NCBI RefSeq assembly: GCF_001949145.1
Contig: NW_019091355.1
Location: forward strand, 119,720-183,719
DNA from: Acanthaster planci
Lineage: Eukaryota
Reading direction: 5' to 3'
Length of the DNA: 64,000 nucleotides
Made by a program: the position numbers and the translations under genes. Positions 40,420-52,016 of the stretch are shown one piece after another (position 1 is the stretch's first letter; the number at the start of each line of letters is the position of its first letter). The notes beneath the pieces were generated by a model that saw only the letters and a program-made list of their open reading frames with translations, was not told where the DNA came from and did not search any database.

Positions 40420-43400
40420 ATGAGTGTTGCGCCAGGAACAGAAGAATCAGATGGCTTTGTGGTCAGGGCCAGGGGTCTCCCGTGGTCATGCACCCACCAT
40501 GAAGTCATGAAATTCTTTGATGGTATGTCAGAGTAAGGTTAACCTGTATTATATGTAGCATTGTAGCTATTGCATTCCATCCCAAATCACTACTGCATAG
40601 ATGTCAAAATGACAAACAAAATTCAAACCCAAACACTTGTGAAAGTCTAATAACCATACAACTGATCATTTTTTTACTGATATGATTTATTTGCCTTGCA
40701 ACATACAATAACATACATGTAATAGCAGAAAGAATAAATGTGTGTATAAATGCATTAATAATAAGTAGATCGCAATAAAAATAAATCAAGACTATACAAA
40801 AATTTGTGGAAAGAGCAGGGATGATGCAAAAAAGTTGTAAAAACTGATTTCCATTGCAGTCCCAACTCCAAGATATTTGTGACAACTTGAAAGTCCATCA
40901 AAAGATTTAAGCTCTGACTCAGTTCTTGATTTGCTTGGTGTTGTCATTGCAGCTGTACATTTTTCATGCAGTGACATAGACGGAAATATCCAGCACTGCA
41001 GACTTATTTCATGACACAACCCAGAAGTGAAAACCACAGAAAAAAATTGGGTTGCTTCTTGTACAAGGGAATGCTCAAATATATTACACTTTGGCATTTT
41101 TACAGAAATATCACCACCATTTGTACACTTACATGTATCCCATGGATCACACACAAGATAGTCTGATGCCGTCATGGTTTTTGCTTTTACTCCAAGGGTG
41201 TAACATTTTAGGTGGTAAGGATGGAATCCACTTCACGTTCAACAAGAACGGCAGGCCTAGCGGAGAATGCTTTGTTGAGTTTGAAACAGAAGAGGACTTT
41301 GAACAGGCCATGACAAAACACAAAAAAGAAATTGGATCACGATACATTGAAGGTACAGATATCGATTCATGAGGAGATTATCTAAATNNNNNNNNNNNNN
41401 NNNNNNNNNNNNNNNNNNNNNNNNNNNNNNNNNNNNNNNNNNNNNNNNNNNNNNNNNNNNNNNNNNNNNNNNNNNNNNNNNNNNNNNNNNNNNNNNNNNN
41501 NNNNNNNNNNNNNNNNNNNNNNNNNNNNNNNNNNNNNNNNNNNNNNNNNNNNNNNNNNNNNNNNNNNNNNNNNNNNNNNNNNNNNNNNNNNNNNNNNNNN
41601 NNNNNNNNNNNNNNNNNNNNNNNNNNNNNNNNNNNNNNNNNNNNNNNNNNNNNNNNNNNNNNNNNNNNNNNNNNNNNNNNNNNNNNNNNNNNNNNNNNNN
41701 NNNNNNNNNNNNNNCGACTGTTAAATGGAATGATGAATTGTTGAAGGATTTTGAAAACAGAAAAAATGATAGTCATGCCGCCCCAGCATCATCAACGTTG
41801 AAAAATGCCCGGCACGAAGTGGTTAATGAATGCACAGAGTTTAAGTCAATAATACTGATTTGTCAAAACTGCCCATTTTATGATCGTTCATTTTTGAATA
41901 TCTCAAATAGTTCACTTTGTTTTATAAGCAACAGTATTAAGAAGTTTCCCATTTAGTTTTGCAATAGTGTTTCACAATTGAATTTGAACTCTTTTCCTGT
42001 GGGATTTCACAGTGTTCCGATCTAAGGTCGAGGAGAGGGAATGGGTGATGAAGCGAAGTGGTGCAGCCTCCTTTCAGGATAATGATGCCTGTATTCGTAT
42101 GAGAGGCATCCCCTATGAGTGCTCTAAGGAAGAAGTCATGCAGTTCTTTAATGGTATGTTGGTAACTTCTGGTTACAGAAGTGATTTGTTATTTCACCCA
42201 TAGTCATGCTGAAATCTTCATGAAGACAGAACAAATTACAAATTGAAGTACTTAGGGATGTCTTGAAGGCCTTAACCTCTTCCTCATGTTTTCAGTGTCA
42301 AAAAGACTCAAAATCTTTCTGTTATGTGGCACCCATAACAGAATAGATTGCTAAAAAGAAAATCTGTGATGACCATAGCAGAGAAGTTATGACTATGTTA
42401 AGCATTATTGTCAAGGCTAGAATTCCAAGCCTGGTTTGGATTTCAGAGTACAATCATAATAGCCAGGTACTTGGCTGTTGCAGCTTTAGAGGCTGATGAT
42501 AATGTATTATATGCAGACATGACAGAAAATTTTTGTTAGTAAGCATTCATGGACTTCTTTTCAACAGAATGGATCAGTTTACATTTTGGAAAACAGGGTC
42601 ATAGTCACTGTTACAAACTCTTGGAAATTGCATAAGGGAGGCAGTATAAACATGTTCAGTCGACTCTCGTTATAACGAACTCCCCGGGACCACGTAGAAA
42701 CGTTCGTTGTATCCGAAATTTGTTGTAGGCAGAATGCAGTGCAATGGCTTTGGTGCATTGTTGTACAATGCCATGTACATGCATGCACGTGTATACATGT
42801 ATGGTCATACACGTAAACACATGGTGACTTTGGCATAGGAGGGTTAACACAGAAAACACAAACATAGACATGAGATAAATTTTTGTGAATGAAACTACTG
42901 AAAAATTTGTGACGCCAGTGTTTTTCCGACTTGCAACTGCTGCATTCGTATACAATGTACATGTACATGTAGTGGAACGTTCGCGACCCTTTTTGGCAGG
43001 AACTGTACTTGGACTGGTTGCCGCATTTCCCTCATGCCTTCTTTGGCATTGGTTTGGCCCAGCGGGAACCAGTGTGATGCACTGTGTACGTGTTTTCACC
43101 ACCGAGATTCGCAAAGGTTCGTTATAGATGGGTCGTCAACAATGGTTTTTCACGCAACGGAGTCGCGAAAACCATTCGTTGCAACAGAAATTTCGTACAA
43201 TTCGATTTCACTGTAACAGATTTTTTTTCTCTATAGAAATGTGCATGTTTTTGCCGGGACCACTGGCTTGTGTTTGTTATAACCAGCATTTTGTTGTAGC
43301 CCATTTCGTAATAACGAGAGTCGACTATTATTAAACACTTTGACAACTCAACCATTGTATGTATGCCACCTTCTCCTGTTCACTGCTCAGATCTTGTGGC

Positions 43401-46400
43401 CTTCTTTTGGTCTGGGATTCTCCCTGCATTGTTTTAGCAATGCTGAAAGTGACCTGAACTTGCCAAAAGAAGGACACATGTAGTCTTTGACACTCAAAAC
43501 ATAATGGACATATCAGGAGTTCCTGTTGCATCAGTTTTCAGAAATCACAGATTTTGGATGGGGAAGAAAACCCTGATGTGCATCACTTCATAATTTTCTG
43601 AAATGGGTTGATCTCTTATAAAAGATTATGTTAATTAGAGATTTACACTCCCGTCACATGAGCACCTTTTCAGTAAAGTCAGTTCATAAGCTTCTTGGCT
43701 TCACCTTGATCTAAACTGTTGTAGCTCTGCATTTTGGTTTTGATAAGACTTTGTGTGTACATGTAGTCACATCCTATGAAATAGTTGCTGGTGTCCGTAT
43801 CCTCATTGCCACATTCAAAGCATTAATTGTGCATTGACTGACAGTGCACTTCGAATAGTAGAATTTGTCTGAATACTCCCCAGTGGCATTGGTGCATAGC
43901 AAACACACACTCCCCTTGATGTCCATTTATGTTCTGTATCTTCCACCACGGTTCATCGCTCATACAAAAGCTATGACACAAATGTGATCAAACTCGGCAA
44001 AGCAGAGTGTTTAAATATTTTGCATTTTGATGAAGTCATCATGACGTTTAATAATTTCATGACATTATTTGATGATGAACAGTGTGGATTTTATGCAAAA
44101 TAAGTTCATGTCTGGGGTTTTGATTTAATGTGAATGCCTTTCATCCTACAGGTTGTCAAAGTATTGACCAATTGCCTCCTATCTTTTTCCTCTTATTTTT
44201 GTCTCCTTTCCCGTATGGGTACCTTATGGACTGGGTGATTGGCTGGGTGGTTTGCCCCCCCAACATGGGTATCTACTTGCTGGCCGGGGTGTGTCATCCG
44301 GGTGGTATCGGGCGACGGGGGTACATGGTGGCTCCCTACAGGGTTGGAGATTGTGGCGAATGGGATAACACTGCCTACAGACCAGGAGGGGAAGTGTACC
44401 GGGGATGCCTTTGTGCAATTTGCATCAAAGGAGCTGGCAGAGAAGGCTTTGCAAAAACATATGCATAAACTGGGGCACAGGTGGGGATTGGAATAGCGGT
44501 GGGGTAGCTACCGTTATAATGTATTCACTATTGTGTGTGCTTACATAGCTCTCTTGGGTCTCTGTATTAGCTCTTTTCAAGTTCAATTTTGACCCAATTT
44601 TAAATGATTTGAAAAATCAGTACTTTTCTTGCGGTTTATTTTAAGGTCACATGGTTGGTCTTCCGGTTTCCTGCTACTGGTTTTGTTGGCTTCTGTAGAA
44701 GTATGTCAGTTCCTGGTATCTGTTTGAAATAGTGTACAAAAAGCAGATGTACAACCTGAAAAAATATGATGAAACAGTTCCAATGTCAGAGCCTAAAATA
44801 GACATTTAACAAAAATATATACAAAGTAAACACTATCTGGACATATTTCCTGTCCCATGTGCATGTATATATCCTGTCCTATTACGATGAATTAGGAAAT
44901 GTTTCTAATAGGAATTTCTTCATAAGAAAAACGGAAGAAATGTATTGTTTAAAGGTTTCAACTTACTGCCCTACTAGATGTGTTTGATCAAAAGCTGTGT
45001 GAGTTACCTCTTTTACTTTGAATATTTTGTCTGTTTGGTACTTTCTGCCTTCAGGGGTGACTTGAAACCATCATCAAAGAGAAAGATAATATGCTGACAG
45101 CATGATTTGGATGGAAGGGTTGTGTCCCAAAAATAGCTTACACAACTACTTCCTGCTTCATGGAAATATACTTGTAATGCACATGCACATGATTATTATG
45201 CAAATTATCTTTGAATTTCATAATCGGCACATTTGCATTCAAGTCATCATTTGACTTAAACATATACCAGGAAGTGATGTAATTACTATAAGAATGTGTT
45301 TGGTTCTCCCTCTTCTGTGTATTGTGTGTCTCTTTTGTATTGTCTGTCTTTCGTTGTCTAGTTTTGACTGTCATTTATTTTTTTTTCTTTGTTTTTTATC
45401 TCAGTTTCAAATAATAGTATTCATACGTTTAATCGGTTTAGTTACATACTTACGTAGATGTTATATACTTACGTAGATGTAAACATGGTTTTATATCAAC
45501 ACACACAATCGCAATGACATCAACACACACCCTATCGACATTATCAACACACACCCTAGCAATGAAATTCCAAAATTCCTATCCTTGTGGAGACATGGCT
45601 TTGTTCTCCAGTACTAACACAGTCGCGTGTGAAATGAGGTTTCGAAATGCTCCCATTTCAATATGAATCACTCTCCTGGGCACAAGTTTGGACCGAAAGT
45701 CCCTCATATGAAACACTTTGCAACTGATTCTTAGGTATTAAAAAATTCTCCCTTTTGAGCGATTTCCAAATATCAGTTTCATGAAATCCTTGTGAAGACC
45801 TACATGTGTACACCTTTAGAAATTCCTTGCGGAGACCTATTCAACCCATTCTCCTGGGTCTCCACAAGGCACCATATACCGAAAACCTATGTGCTCTTGT
45901 CAATCACTCACATAAAATATACATGCAAGTTTGCCAACTGGTTCCAGGGTGGAAAAGGCAGTAACAAGAAATGAATTATTTACTTGTAAATTCAGTTATT
46001 TCCAAAGTGTTCCGGTTTCCTAAAACAAAGTGTCATTCCAGGGTATTTTACATGCACATACATTTGAGTTTTTGCAGTTTCATTGTTGCTGCAGCCTAAT
46101 TTGTGGCAATTTGTTTGGTTTTTGTCTTTTAAGGGACTAACTTTTCTGTATTTAATGTACGATTTTTTAGTTTCAGTGTCACAAAGTGCTGTTCCTGCAG
46201 TGAAGAAATATAGTTCTTTGGAGTAGCAGATAAATTACTGAAACTTCCAAATGATCAATTCGTTCATTTAATCAACAGATGAAAAATCATTGACTTCTTG
46301 TCCACATATTTTTTGTTTCTTAGACAAAATAAAACATTTCTAGTTGCCTGTTGGTTTGTGTCATGGTATTGAGAAATGATATAACATTTTTGCTACGTAT

Positions 46401-49400
46401 GATTGCATCTGGTCTTCCACACTTAGGATTTTCTTAGGGAAAATTATTCAGACCTACATGTACTTTCCCTTTTATGTTTACATTTAAGGCATTTTTACAC
46501 TTACTATGTGAACAGTTTTTAGATATGTATTAAAGTGCCCTTCCTGACTTGAAAGTGAGCCAGATGGGCCTCTGGTGGATTCAAACCCCCATCCTTCATT
46601 TTTTGGGGGCAGACACTTCACCCAAAATTATCTAATCGTCAGGAAGGGTAAATTGCAGTGTATATGATCCATGAATGAACATATCACTTTCCCGGTTATG
46701 TCCCTAGATATGTGGAAATCTTCCATAGTAGTATGGATGAAATTCGTCGAGTTGTGAATGCCAACAAGTTTGCTCGTGCCTTCCAGAGACCTGGTCCCTA
46801 TGATCGCTATGGAGGTGGGGCTATGTTTGGTGGCAGAGGTAGGGGGCCATCCAGTTCAGGTTTTGAACGACGCTACAGATTTGATGGTAAGCCATTTAGG
46901 AGTTGTAAGCCAGCTTTAAAAAGTCCAGAAAATTCTCTAGAAAATTAATTTTGCCAGATAGGCTAGAGAGTAGAGACCTCTTTGTGTAGCACTTGACTGT
47001 TTGAGTTGAAGCAAACCCTGCTCAAGGATATAAAGTGAAAAGTCGACAGCAGAATTACACAAGTTACATGATTATGACTCTTCAAAATGCCAACCTCAAA
47101 CTCTGCTAAGTGTGGGTCTGCAATTCATTACTTTGGCAGGTTTTGGGGGTGGATATGAGGATAACTTCTACGGCGTGGACAACTATGGATTTGGTGGTGG
47201 CAGCGGTGGTAGCAGTTTTGGAATAGGCGGGATGATGAATCGACGGGGGAGGGGAATGAGAGGCATGGGAATGAGAGGTGAGTGGAAGAAACCATGGTGA
47301 GAGTTGAGATGTATGTGTGTAAGGGTAACAGAGTTAATCTGAGTAATCTTAGTAAGTAGGTGAAGGCTTACCCCAGTCTGATAAAGTCATCCGTGGCAAA
47401 GGCACGATAGGCATGATAGCCTCATTTCAGATAGGAATTTCAAAATGAAATGCCACCATCTGATGATGACGATATCTAGGTAGGTAAGAAATTCTTGACC
47501 AGGCATGTGTTCTGATTTCTCACTCTTCAGTTAGTAGTTACAAGGCAGTTCCATTTGTTAAGCAGGAAAATACATGAAGAAACAATAAACAAATTGGATT
47601 GTTTGTTATAGGTGGCTTTGGCAGAGGAGGTGGTGGTGGTGGTGGTGGTGGTGGTGGATTTGGCTACGGTGGTAGCGGAGGAGGGTTAGGTGGACCAGGA
47701 GGTGATAGCATGGGACCAGTCTTCCAGAGTCAAACAGGTCATTCTATTCATATGAGAGGATTACCCTTCAGTGCTACAGAGGAGCATATTATGGAGGTAA
47801 GAACATTCGTATTTGCTGTAAACACCTCAGTTCCAAAGCCCAAATACATTGTCACCCTCCAAAATTACAAGAATCCAAATAGAAAGCAGGATGGACTTTG
47901 TAGCAGATTGGAGGTAAGAACATTCGTATTTGCTGTAAACACCTCAGTTCCAAAGCCCAAATACATTGTCACCCTCCAAAATTACAAGAATCCAAATAGA
48001 AAGCAGGATGGACTTTGTAGCAGATTGCAAGATTGGAAACAGACACTTTAGTCTGAGTGAGGAGTTCCTAAGTATTAAGTCACACTGCTTACAGTTCTGT
48101 GAATTTAAACCACATTCTGTATTCTGATAAAACTCTTTGCCAATTGTGTTCAGTGGTTTGGCAAGTCAGCTGTTCCCTGCCGAGTTGTTATCAAATATAA
48201 CAGCAAAGGTCAACCGTCGGGGGAGGCAGATGTTGACTTCATCCGTCACAGAGATGCTGTAGCAGCTATGGGGAAGGACAAGGAACATATGATGCACCGT
48301 TACATTGAGCTCTTCTTGAACTCGGAAGAAGATGGGGAAGATGGAGATGGTGGCTATGGTGATATGCCAAGGATGCAGTCTGGAATGGGAGGCACGTTGA
48401 TTGCTCACAGAATATTAAGCGATAGAAAATTGTTTTACTAAACACTCTGAAGTCAAACTTTAAATGGTAAAAGAAAATGTTTGAGTTCTTTGGATTTAGA
48501 ATACATGCATGTACTCGTGTTCTGTCATTAATTTCTATCATCGTGCGGTGAATGTACTCATTCTTGCACAGGAAGTGGAGGTGGCAGTTACGGAGGTGGA
48601 AGTTCACAGGTCGGAAGTCAAGGTGGTGGATTTGGTAACCAAGGTAATGGCTTTGGTAACCAGTCAAGTGGTATGAGATCTGGAAGTGGATATACAAGCT
48701 TTGAGAGCCAGGGAGGGACAGGATTCCAGGGTGAGAATTCATCCGCGTTTCTGAAATTGAGGTAGCTCTTCTTTGTACCCCTAAATGTGACTGGTCCAGT
48801 AAATCATTTGGGGGGGGCATATTTCCTTTGTAAACTGCTAAAAACGGAATGTGCTTAGAGAGTATCCCTGTGGAATGGATCATAGCACCTGCAATGTCAT
48901 GCCTGCTTTGGGCTGACAAAGGAGCATGGAAGGTAATATACATACAAATCAATTTATTACCCTTGTTTGTCAGTAAGATCAGGGCTTGAACTGAATGATG
49001 ACCATGACAGCCAGTGACTATCGTTGCTCTTCTTACTGGCAGACGTGCCCCACAAAATAATCGTCCTCTTCATGGCCAGTTTTCTTTTGCCTAATATTTA
49101 CCTTGGCAGTCGTGCCCTTTTTACAAGCCCATTAAAGCCAATACAATCCATTTAAGTTGACTTAACAATTTGGCACTGTATTTCGATGTCATGTGAGCCC
49201 AATGGGTTGTCCTAAATGTCTCTGAATCAGTCACACATACGTGGCCAAATAAATGACATGAACACAACCTGAATCTAGCTTCACGATCCCAATGCATGGT
49301 ACTAATCCACAACTTACATGTACATATGTACATGTACATCACTGCCCGCACTTCACGTTCTTTCGGAATGTGTCGATACTTCAAGCAGCGATGCTTTCGC

Positions 49401-50055
49401 CAGAAATATGAATGTCTGTATTTGTTCACCCACTGTCTAGTTGGTGAATGCACAGCAGATCAGACATGCAAAGCTAATCGACTTTCTCTTTCTCAGCACT
49501 TGCACGTGTGGTGAGATTACCCACTGATGTTTGGGTACATATTCGAGGAATTCAAGAAAAGCATGCATGATTTTTCGGATTGTCACAATTTTAAGATGAA
49601 TAACCCATTTACTCCAGCATTCCGAGGTGACAACAAAAAGCAGAAAATCAAAACTGCCATGCAGGAGAGATTATAGCTGGCGGCCCAAACCGGAAAAGTC
49701 AGGCAAGCAATGCAACAAATTTGATTTGCTTTTCTGGTAAGACCCTCACCCAGTGCAGATGTACTACAGGGATTCAGATATTTATTACTTTTTGCATTCA
49801 GCATTCACTCCTCAACTGCAGATATTATTTGGCCTTTGTTCCCTACCCACTGGCCATGGTTTTCCTCTATAATTTTACGTAATTCAAGGCCAAAGTGGCT
49901 TTGCCCAAAGTATTACTAAATTCAAGGCCTATTCTTAGGAATGAATTATATGAACCAATGAGATTATTTTGTTTGCAGGGAACCAGGGAGGTGGGAGCTC
50001 CAGTTCTTTCTACTCTGGGGGTTCTGGAGGGTCTGGATTTAACCAGGGATTCTAA
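40420..50055 (+). CDS. HNRNPH1: Heterogeneous nuclear ribonucleoprotein H/F (three qRRMs plus Gly/Tyr/Arg-rich regions)
   Basis: Exons: 40420-40522 ([11 protein letters not shown]), 41197-41352 ([18 protein letters not shown]), 42013-42153 ([15 protein letters not shown]), 44342-44480 ([23 protein letters not shown]), 46708-46886 (YVEIF..RPGPYDR), 47140-47277, 47612-47796 ([12 protein letters not shown]), 48154-48391 (or 48358; [17 protein letters not shown]), 48572-48730, 49979-50055 (TAA). Likely co-orthologue of vertebrate HNRNPH1/H2/H3/F. Confidence 0.93.
41388..41714. other. Assembly gap (N run) in an hnRNP H intron
   Basis: Run of N. Confidence 1.
42657..43327. mobile_element. Tc1/mariner-pogo (Tigger-like) MITE in an hnRNP H intron
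   Basis: The TIR (C)AGTCGACTCTCGTTATAACGAA at 42657-42679 matches the reverse complement of 43305-43326 (AGTCGACTCTCGTTATTACGAA) at 21 of 22 positions. Internal TTCGTT(G/A)TA sub-repeats are present. CAGT termini are typical of pogo/Tigger elements; the TA TSD is eroded. Confidence 0.75.
44152..44517 (+). promoter_or_regulatory. Splicing-regulatory region around hnRNP H coding exon 4 (AG-exclusion zone, distal pyrimidine tract, G-runs, hairpin)
   Basis: There is no AG dinucleotide from 44162 to 44339. The pyrimidine tract lies at about 44172-44212, many GGG/GGGG runs are present, the donor is AG|GTGGGG, and a stem-loop spans 44493-44517. Confidence 0.7.
47792..48027 (+). repeat. Exact 117-bp tandem duplication containing an hnRNP H 5' splice site
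   Basis: TGGAG|GTAAGAACATTCG...GTAGCAGAT is repeated at 47792 and 47909. Confidence 0.95.
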
Positions 50056-51619
50056 ACAAAATCTGAGTGAGAAAACCAGAACATGAAGACGTCAAGAATG
50101 AAGCCATTTGTTCTGCCAGTTTGAATTTTTACATTTGTTAGTTGAATCTTTTTTGTGTACATAATACATGGTGTAGTCCTGATCATGCTAGCGTATCTTT
50201 TATTTGCGCACTGTAGTCTGAAATTTTGTGATATTTTTCTTTCTAATACTTAATATGAATTGGCTTAGGATTATTTCCTGTTTAAGAAGTTATCCCATTT
50301 GCTGTGCTCATTTACGTAATAGCAAACATTGTACATCACAAAAAAGTTAATAGTGGTTCCAGATTCCATGTTAACGGTTTATTTCATTAAAGTGAAATGC
50401 AGTTAATGTTAAACAGTTTATCCAAACATCTTACAATAACTATTTTTCTGTCTCTTGTTATTTTCTGCATTACAAGAGCTATTGATTTCTCAGTTAGTTT
50501 GGGGAATATCCCCTTACAACAGTATTGAGCCACAGACACGTATTGCAAAATTTCATCTCTGCAAAGCTAAGCCCTGCATTACCTTATGAAATACATGGAG
50601 TATTCAGTTTGGAAATACCAGAAAGTAGCTCTTTTAGTGAATATTTTAGTGAATATATGGTTGTTTGTCTTGCAGACCCTGTTAACAATTTGTTTTTTTG
50701 TTAATGATGTTAATGTTTCACCTCGTGACAGCTTGGACAATTGCACTGAATATTTTTGAATTCAGTTTCAAAGATGTATTAATATCAGAGATCATAATTT
50801 ACAAAAAAAGAATTCTTGGAATGACAGGTAACAGAGCTAGAGGGCTGTGTGTCTTGTTTGCATCATTCTGAGCATGTCACAAGTAAATTTCAGTAACTAT
50901 GGCAACAGCAGTTAGCCTCAAGTTACAACTTTATGACATTTTTGCTGTACAAAAGTCATAATTACAATCTTTCAAGTGAGCAGAAACAAAAATTAAAGTT
51001 ATGAGAGGTTTCCTTTAAACATTCCCTACCAGAAATAGTGAAAACATTTTTCTCAACCTTTTTGCTTTGATTGATTTGAAAGCAAATCTTGGCATGGTGA
51101 AATTAATTCTGTGAAGATGTAAATCAATCAGTTACTGTGAATTTAGACAAGTGACATAAAGTGGTATTCCATGCTTGTAAACTAACAAAGGATTTTAAAA
51201 TTACATAAACACGGCATGGGACAGCTGTTCAATTTACTTTGTCCACTGATTAAATAAAACGTGAAGCTACATGTAATTCCAAATACTTCAGTTCCAGTCA
51301 GTAGTTACTTGATGGTTGTTACACTGTCCTCAGTCCCGCCACTGCCATTTTTTGTGGCATTGGACAGCGTTTTAAAACAGGGTCCATACACATGAATCTG
51401 TTCTTTTTCAAAATTAATTATTCCCAAATCCAAAACGATTTTTAAAACTGATTACAACTACAAAAAACACAGGGCAAACTACTGACAAAAACTCTTAAAA
51501 AGTAATTTTACCTCCAATACAATTACGTGTTTAAGTGTAACTGCATATCAGTAAATACAAGTTTGACTTTAGTGACATCAGGATGAACCGGTGTGAGGAA
51601 TTTTGTTACTGACTTTTAT

Positions 51620-51785
51620 AGTGTAATTCGACCGCCAGAATTAGAAGCCATTACTGCGGTAGCACAACACTCGTGGACAGGCGGTAAGCGCGGGTTATAT
51701 GCCTCTTCGACCAACAGGGTGTTGTGATTTGCCGAACGCACACACGTGTCAAGCTGAAAAATGTGCGTGAGTGCACTGCCACCAC
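51620..51785 (+). repeat. Dispersed repeat, copy 2 (copy 1 at about 5585-5745)
   Basis: Same collinear blocks as copy 1. It lies just past the RBM22 stop codon. Confidence 0.7.
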
Positions 51786-52016
51786 ATTTAGGGCGTCTTA
51801 TCGGATTAGTCTATAGATATGAAAATATGCACACTTTAAGTACACGTGACTTGCCAAAAAACCTGAACCACAGCACTGCCTTTCAGTGACATTCCAAGCT
51901 TTCAGCATGCACAGAAAAAATGTTGAAAAGCTAACCGTCTCTTGGAATTCAGTGCTGTACGTGTTCATTTCTACAAGATCAACAACTTGCCCCGATCTGG
52001 TACTGATTGTTAACAC

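Noticed and set aside
47460..47520. Possible intronic C/D-box snoRNA (ATGATGA ... CTGA)
   Set aside because: Only about 53 nt separate the boxes, there is no terminal stem, and I recognise no rRNA-complementary guide.
48266..48952. 228-aa minus-strand ORF
   Set aside because: It is an antisense shadow of Gly-rich hnRNP H exons, with no recognisable domain or splice support.
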